A program made the translations under genes and the position numbers. Below the pieces are notes generated by a model. It did no database searches. It was given only the letters and a program-made list of their open reading frames with translations, and had not been told where the DNA came from. From the IMG/VR virus record IMGVR_UViG_3300028844_003150, positions 1-64,000 of that record: a stretch of DNA of 64,000 nucleotides, one strand, 5' to 3'. Below, piece by piece: positions 61,301 through 64,000 of this stretch (the stretch's first letter is position 1; every line of letters begins with the position of its first letter). The DNA is from an uncultured virus (IMG/VR IMGVR_UViG_3300028844_003150) (lineage: Duplodnaviria; Heunggongvirae; Uroviricota; Caudoviricetes).

Positions 61301-62098
61301 ACCCAGAGCGCCAAGGGAACCAGCCTCAACCAGCTGCTTACCCATCTCTGGGTTCTCATAACCCTCTACCAACCCATACTTGAATCCCTCGCTGACGCCT
61401 TCCTGAGCCGCCTCAGTGAGCGCTTCCCGTGGGGCTTGGTCAGCGATGCCCCTAGCCACTCCGCGCACCACACCACGCTTAGGCACAGCCGTACCAAGGA
61501 TTTTGAGGAGATGGGCTTGTGGAGCTACGTCCAGAAGGCCGATAATGCCGCCTTCCAGCGCAGCCATGCCGGGAGTGGTCACTCCTTCGGCCTGTAGATC
61601 CTTAAACGCATGACCTGTTTCCGGCACAGCGGAGCCAGCGAAGGCACCTGTGACAGCACCGGCCTGAGCCGCCTTCATAGCCCCACCAACGAGCGCACCG
61701 GCACCACCGGTCCCGATCATGGTCAGGGCACTGGGGGCCAGCGTACCAAGCCCGTATGCAGCCCAGTCAAGGAAAGACTCGACGGAATCTATGTCGAATA
61801 CAGACTCTACATTGGCAGGAACGGCTGACGCCGCTTCTTCCATGCTCTGTTCGTACCCTTCCGCACCGAATTCCTGCAGGGTTTCTGACCCTACAGCCTC
61901 ACCAGCTGCTTCTACAGCGCCGTAGGCACCAGCTTGCAGGGTATCGACGCCGCGCCTTAGCCCACGCTCAAACTGACCAGTCTCTGGTAGTGGGCGCGGA
62001 GGATCACTCTGCTTTATGCCGGGGAGTATCTCCTGCTCATTATGCGATGGGGGCACATAATTTTTTGAGAAGACGTCGTTGTCACGCAGTCCCGCCAC
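55301..62098 (-). CDS. Giant internal virion/ejection (polyvalent) protein with a zincin metallopeptidase motif
   Basis: 2265 aa; Gly/Ala-rich hydrophobic N-terminal region; LAHEIGH...DEWFAD; helical C-terminal domain. Confidence 0.75.
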   Translation of the reverse strand: MAGLRDNDVFSKNYVPPSHNEQEILPGIKQSDPPRPLPETGQFERGLRRGVDTLQAGAYGAVEAAGEAVGSETLQEFGAEGYEQSMEEAASAVPANVESVFDIDSVESFLDWAAYGLGTLAPSALTMIGTGGAGALVGGAMKAAQAGAVTGAFAGSAVPETGHAFKDLQAEGVTTPGMAALEGGIIGLLDVAPQAHLLKILGTAVPKRGVVRGVARGIADQAPREALTEAAQEGVSEGFKYGLVEGYENPEMGKQLVEAGSLGALGGGFAGGVGGGVRGALQREATPQLPVPGLAASESLNDMQQGDLTFDEVGGTGASAMEQELQNLGFEPRELQLDVPITDTHRLSGSARELLGMPEDTYKSNLQNQLDELNQPFVAEQIAAYEAEQAQQPSVTKMLESLGTFKSQLQDRKITEVFDVPKTGDLAGLETFDMPNIINKILVPEKAGEQVTMKTLLSRIDAAEQQLADVSLRGIEQTTPEFRGPFEGETLLQRTEREALSMFPDDVELQRSFINERGEELFTEESGGNTNRKIIELLKEQGKVNPNQILDPAEKQKAKAKLNRIEDKLKKLRSKERVAMRTGVSRIYDPANPGEFLANYEGIKTPPLTEVRSMLESKNLSPELRTKFTNILKSNRNENAGESLAGANLGRSGKAPKYIFFSANENYDVSQYPGQIRVGNNVLNVRNLTNFARKERQREELTTSTEVTGKPREAHGERTEDMRLFNDVMLGLEMAAEQKLIQLPEGSAANTIIAPGALKTAMERGGAERQQAQLALKQLVNLIGADTVVAGDKGTAKTFGQVLASAQISKAYNNKILPEAEERESVEPENMLEARELARAQAELDKPNLAPKPDFTTQVEEAQKTVDALRTTYTGQKKTLDTMIANKLPEADIARARNALKGTAEAGKAASNELKRVKELNKRLSFSYPHRDFAEGVPPYVVLPTESIQYFKKGRVFELRGRNGGNVTAKFTGKTKELSHTEKITTDFRRGTGLLPDDIDRLFASTDSVTALGIEVLEKPSNPTKIKLEQLRKVAAKKAKGEKAKAKQRSAPPKSPKPVQPSAVEQYQKRRDAIADLTTRIAVGSPETRAEKMAELKKLKAEHRKLSKEAAVRYTTQGVPKASASIKQTYVNTKELLADNNPYAEKIAKQYFKQIKAPQNIYLMSSKQAAAYLTKEVKLDWLANLANGTLHGFTTPAVNGRIGVYVRPGLSEQLTREVLAHEIGHAVYGGYVHTLKDSMASKIMQEYLGWRKKYGKDNTTIEQLLRSKKQPKSVLLTLVDTRGTTTLDQTSDALRDYLLDFDEWFADSVSRWFTETRQPKTGMERFFQAIADTLKRMVGIAPKGNIDSLMDSLAGGKRSWGLPFSPQDGMAAAQSLPLTSNDIEQLNKLATKSKIAELTSKPDASNLVYVATLGDQDPYGHAFHRAFAEWILDDRIEQATANVLLNAARTKHVQNQLRNLLSHDRTALDQLADPYDAAAYMYQFWRAGLIKLGARTDNIFQRIANAFRKVLGVVAESERAENLFKALERSSDPFEASATRSAVAKVLPNSLAENAIQTFQPSYELAMKPIRSLFFTVDERIKGYGIPSLTKIAEQFHNRPGEFVGNPTLQAQKQQFKGRFENRIRRIFDGKDAQFGNEAIEYLYGAKDLNQAPPGVQRVVKQVRALFAEMRKYQKDAGVNTKQNIKDYFPWVINQDAMSSKVDEFRAVLSQDKYAKKRKELAVFMNMRQHKNWMTEHYQGLSPTMLEKAFKQFVETGEWTLQIKKDKIMVDIPQPENLLDGDSMVDYMIRSATAEGSMDFEVSEDRQVPVMRFNNPRLFKFVDPVEMRPFLNNDLGEVTGTYISQAVKHAEFTRRFGEDGEGLRALLDDAKAQGATPIQLKATVNYVKATMGTYGRHTAEWLHKYTGMALPEHQFSPINEGLNKAMGVAIVYQNLRYLALATLTSLSDVMGIAVRSSEMGSIVRATKAFMQRNKSNLNDLGEMLGIIEHSQVSDALGARFDGMHLTGKLRRFNDGFFRVIGLEAWTRTTRLMGLAAAEAFIVKHSQRPNKHSKRWLNELNLTAEDVQLRDDGTLRVFSHAERLVANPKEVARDDRIRAALIQWTDEAILRPNPSMRTLWGSDPHFQLFQYLKSFMYTFHERILKRVGHEAMEGNYAAFVGLLAYIPTMIVADLLREVIQYGSAGNPRKANWGAADYIQHGAIRGGLLGYAQQGVDIHTDMKWGGYGVGGMAATFDTIASIPDLVTMKPGAVVKALPGQTVYSNWF

Positions 62099-62101
62099 AA
62101 C

Positions 62102-64000
62102 TTATCGCAGTCCTGTTCTGAGCTGATTAACGAATTCAGGGTTATTTGCCTTGAACGTATTAACGGCAGTCCTCGCATCTGGCGGCATATCAGAGATAGT
62201 AGCAGTTAACGGTACGAATTCTCCCGCTTCATTCTGCCCCATGAACTTGAAGTTGTTATCACCGATATCCAGTAACGTACCCTGCCGCATCATAGTTTCA
62301 AGGATGGACTCACCCGGATTAGTAATATCTTCTGGCACAATATCTGGGGAAAACGGATTCAATCCAGCCCAGAAACCCTGCCCAGATTCAGCCAGATATG
62401 TGAGTAATGAGTATTCACCTACTATCCGACCACGCTCATGCGGCCTAAGTCTGTCGAACGCAACATCTGGTTCCCATGCAGCAGCCCATGTAGCGAAGTT
62501 GCGTTTCACATTCGCCTTGTCTTCAGGATCTCCAGAGACACCGGCAGCGATACCTTCACCCAGTTCATTTAATACGTCCATCTGTGTCTGGGTGACGCCT
62601 TGCTCGAACAAATACTGCTCACGGTTTGCTTGCTGCTGAGCACGCAGTTCTTTATTAGCTGCGAACGGATCAGTGGACCCCTTTGTGTTACGTAGCCCAA
62701 GCGCACCCAACTTGGATGCTTGCTGACGAGTAAGTGAACCATTCCGCACAGCATCAAGATACTGTACTGGTACGCCCTTCTGAGTAGCAGCTAGATCACG
62801 GATAGCATCGATACCCCGGCGTACACGGCCAAGGTCAGCTTCTGCTTCGTCACGACGTGCCTGCGATACTGGTTCGTATGCACCGGCCAGACGAGATTCC
62901 TCAACTCTGCGGTCAAAGCCTTCAGCTCCACCGACTGCGTTTGCTGCGTTGATGTTGCCTGCGCCACTGCCGCGTAGTCCACGAATATTAAAGGAACCTT
63001 CAGGAGCACCCGGTGAGCCGGGAGCTAGGAACTGGCCTTGAGTAATTGCACCGGGAGCATCACCCAGCCCACCTTCAGCTGGCATGACACGTAACCCGGA
63101 CATAGTCGTAGTAGCAATGTCCTTCGGCCCCACGAATTCATTAGTGGGAGGTACCTGAAAATCACGGTCTTCTGGGACAATGGGTGTTGCGCCACCAGCA
63201 CTACCAACCCCAGTAGGAGGCGCTTCGCGGAGACCTACAGGAGGTGCCCCACTACCAGTTTGTACATTAGTAGCTGGTAATGATTGCTGATCTACTGAGC
63301 CTACGTATTCCTTGTTCAAGTTCCATTCATAGATGGAATCACGAGCATAACGAAGATCCTGCCCATCCATTCCGAGTGCATCTGCAGCATCAGCCATCCA
63401 GTTAGCACCCTTCTTGACTGAAGCAGGGATTAGAGACAACGCACCTGTAATGATCCCGCCGAGTACAGAACCAACCACGTCACCTACGTTTTGCTCTCCT
63501 GACATTACGTCATCAACGGTCTCACCACCGAGTTCGATAATACCCTCGATGCCTGCGAACACTCGATCATTCGCTTCCTGAAAACCGAATTCCCGTACGT
63601 TGTAAATGTAATCCTCCATTAAGTTTATTGTACCTACACCAGAAAGGAGTTTAGTTGCAGTTTTCAAACCTGCTTTTGCTTTCGACTTGGATGCAGCAGG
63701 CATATCATCCGGGGCACCCTCCACCATAGCATCTACTGATTGAGCTGCAGATGGTTGCCCACCACCACCAAGTCCGGGAACCTTGCTCGTGATTTTCTTC
63801 CGTAGATCCTTGGCTCCATCCCCTATCTTTTTCAGGAGTGGTTTAGTCTTGGCATCTGCTGCATCTACTACTTCTTTCGCCTTCTGTGTAGCAGCCTTTT
63901 CTGCACGGTCAACAGCACCGGGCACGTCGTTTTTTATGTTAACTGCTTCTTCAATAACGGAAGCCGTAACAGATGGTTTGCGCTGCGGGCGGGCTTTAAT
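62102..64000 (-). CDS. Internal virion/ejection protein, 5'-partial
   Basis: The frame stays open from 63925 to the window end; low-complexity Ala/Gly-rich; upstream of the giant protein. Confidence 0.65.
   Translation of the reverse strand: MKARPQRKPSVTASVIEEAVNIKNDVPGAVDRAEKAATQKAKEVVDAADAKTKPLLKKIGDGAKDLRKKITSKVPGLGGGGQPSAAQSVDAMVEGAPDDMPAASKSKAKAGLKTATKLLSGVGTINLMEDYIYNVREFGFQEANDRVFAGIEGIIELGGETVDDVMSGEQNVGDVVGSVLGGIITGALSLIPASVKKGANWMADAADALGMDGQDLRYARDSIYEWNLNKEYVGSVDQQSLPATNVQTGSGAPPVGLREAPPTGVGSAGGATPIVPEDRDFQVPPTNEFVGPKDIATTTMSGLRVMPAEGGLGDAPGAITQGQFLAPGSPGAPEGSFNIRGLRGSGAGNINAANAVGGAEGFDRRVEESRLAGAYEPVSQARRDEAEADLGRVRRGIDAIRDLAATQKGVPVQYLDAVRNGSLTRQQASKLGALGLRNTKGSTDPFAANKELRAQQQANREQYLFEQGVTQTQMDVLNELGEGIAAGVSGDPEDKANVKRNFATWAAAWEPDVAFDRLRPHERGRIVGEYSLLTYLAESGQGFWAGLNPFSPDIVPEDITNPGESILETMMRQGTLLDIGDNNFKFMGQNEAGEFVPLTATISDMPPDARTAVNTFKANNPEFVNQLRTGLR

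Noticed and set aside
55301..62098. N4-like virion RNA polymerase
   Set aside because: Shorter than N4 vRNAP and no recognisable polymerase motifs; the HExxH and hydrophobic N-terminus fit an ejection/polyvalent protein
1..64000. Stop-codon reassignment
   Set aside because: Core genes are full length in the standard code with dense packing; the few breaks are local lesions

Overview
The window is most of a roughly 65-75 kb lytic-looking tailed dsDNA phage genome, probably podovirus-like and probably infecting a proteobacterium (host is inference). It has three blocks. (1) A minus-strand head/tail arm at 1-18239: TerS, TerL, portal, scaffold, N4-gp56/DUF4043-type major capsid, decoration, adaptor, nozzle and a LamG-repeat virion protein. 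(2) A plus-strand early/replication arm at 18646-46012: primase-helicase, PD-(D/E)XK nuclease, SNF2-like helicase, family A DNA polymerase, SSB, VRR-NUC, Gp88-like Fe-S protein, rIIA/rIIB, DHH phosphoesterase, glutaminase and a FliA-like sigma factor. (3) A minus-strand block at 46003-64000: lysis genes, fibre proteins and large ejected proteins. Both window ends lie inside minus-strand virion genes, consistent with a circular or permuted map. I saw no integrase, tRNA, CRISPR array or reverse transcriptase. The most interesting signals are: a ~270-nt multi-domain structured RNA with three CCUCC (anti-Shine-Dalgarno) loops and a loop-loop kissing pair; a glutaminase cassette flanked by perfect 28-bp direct repeats; two further structured cis-RNAs; a GTAC-rich putative origin with IHF sites; and a recurring GLR peptide motif in putative ejected or internal proteins. 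Lesions in the portal, helicase and SSB genes are probably assembly artefacts. All functional calls come from motif recognition, not database searches.
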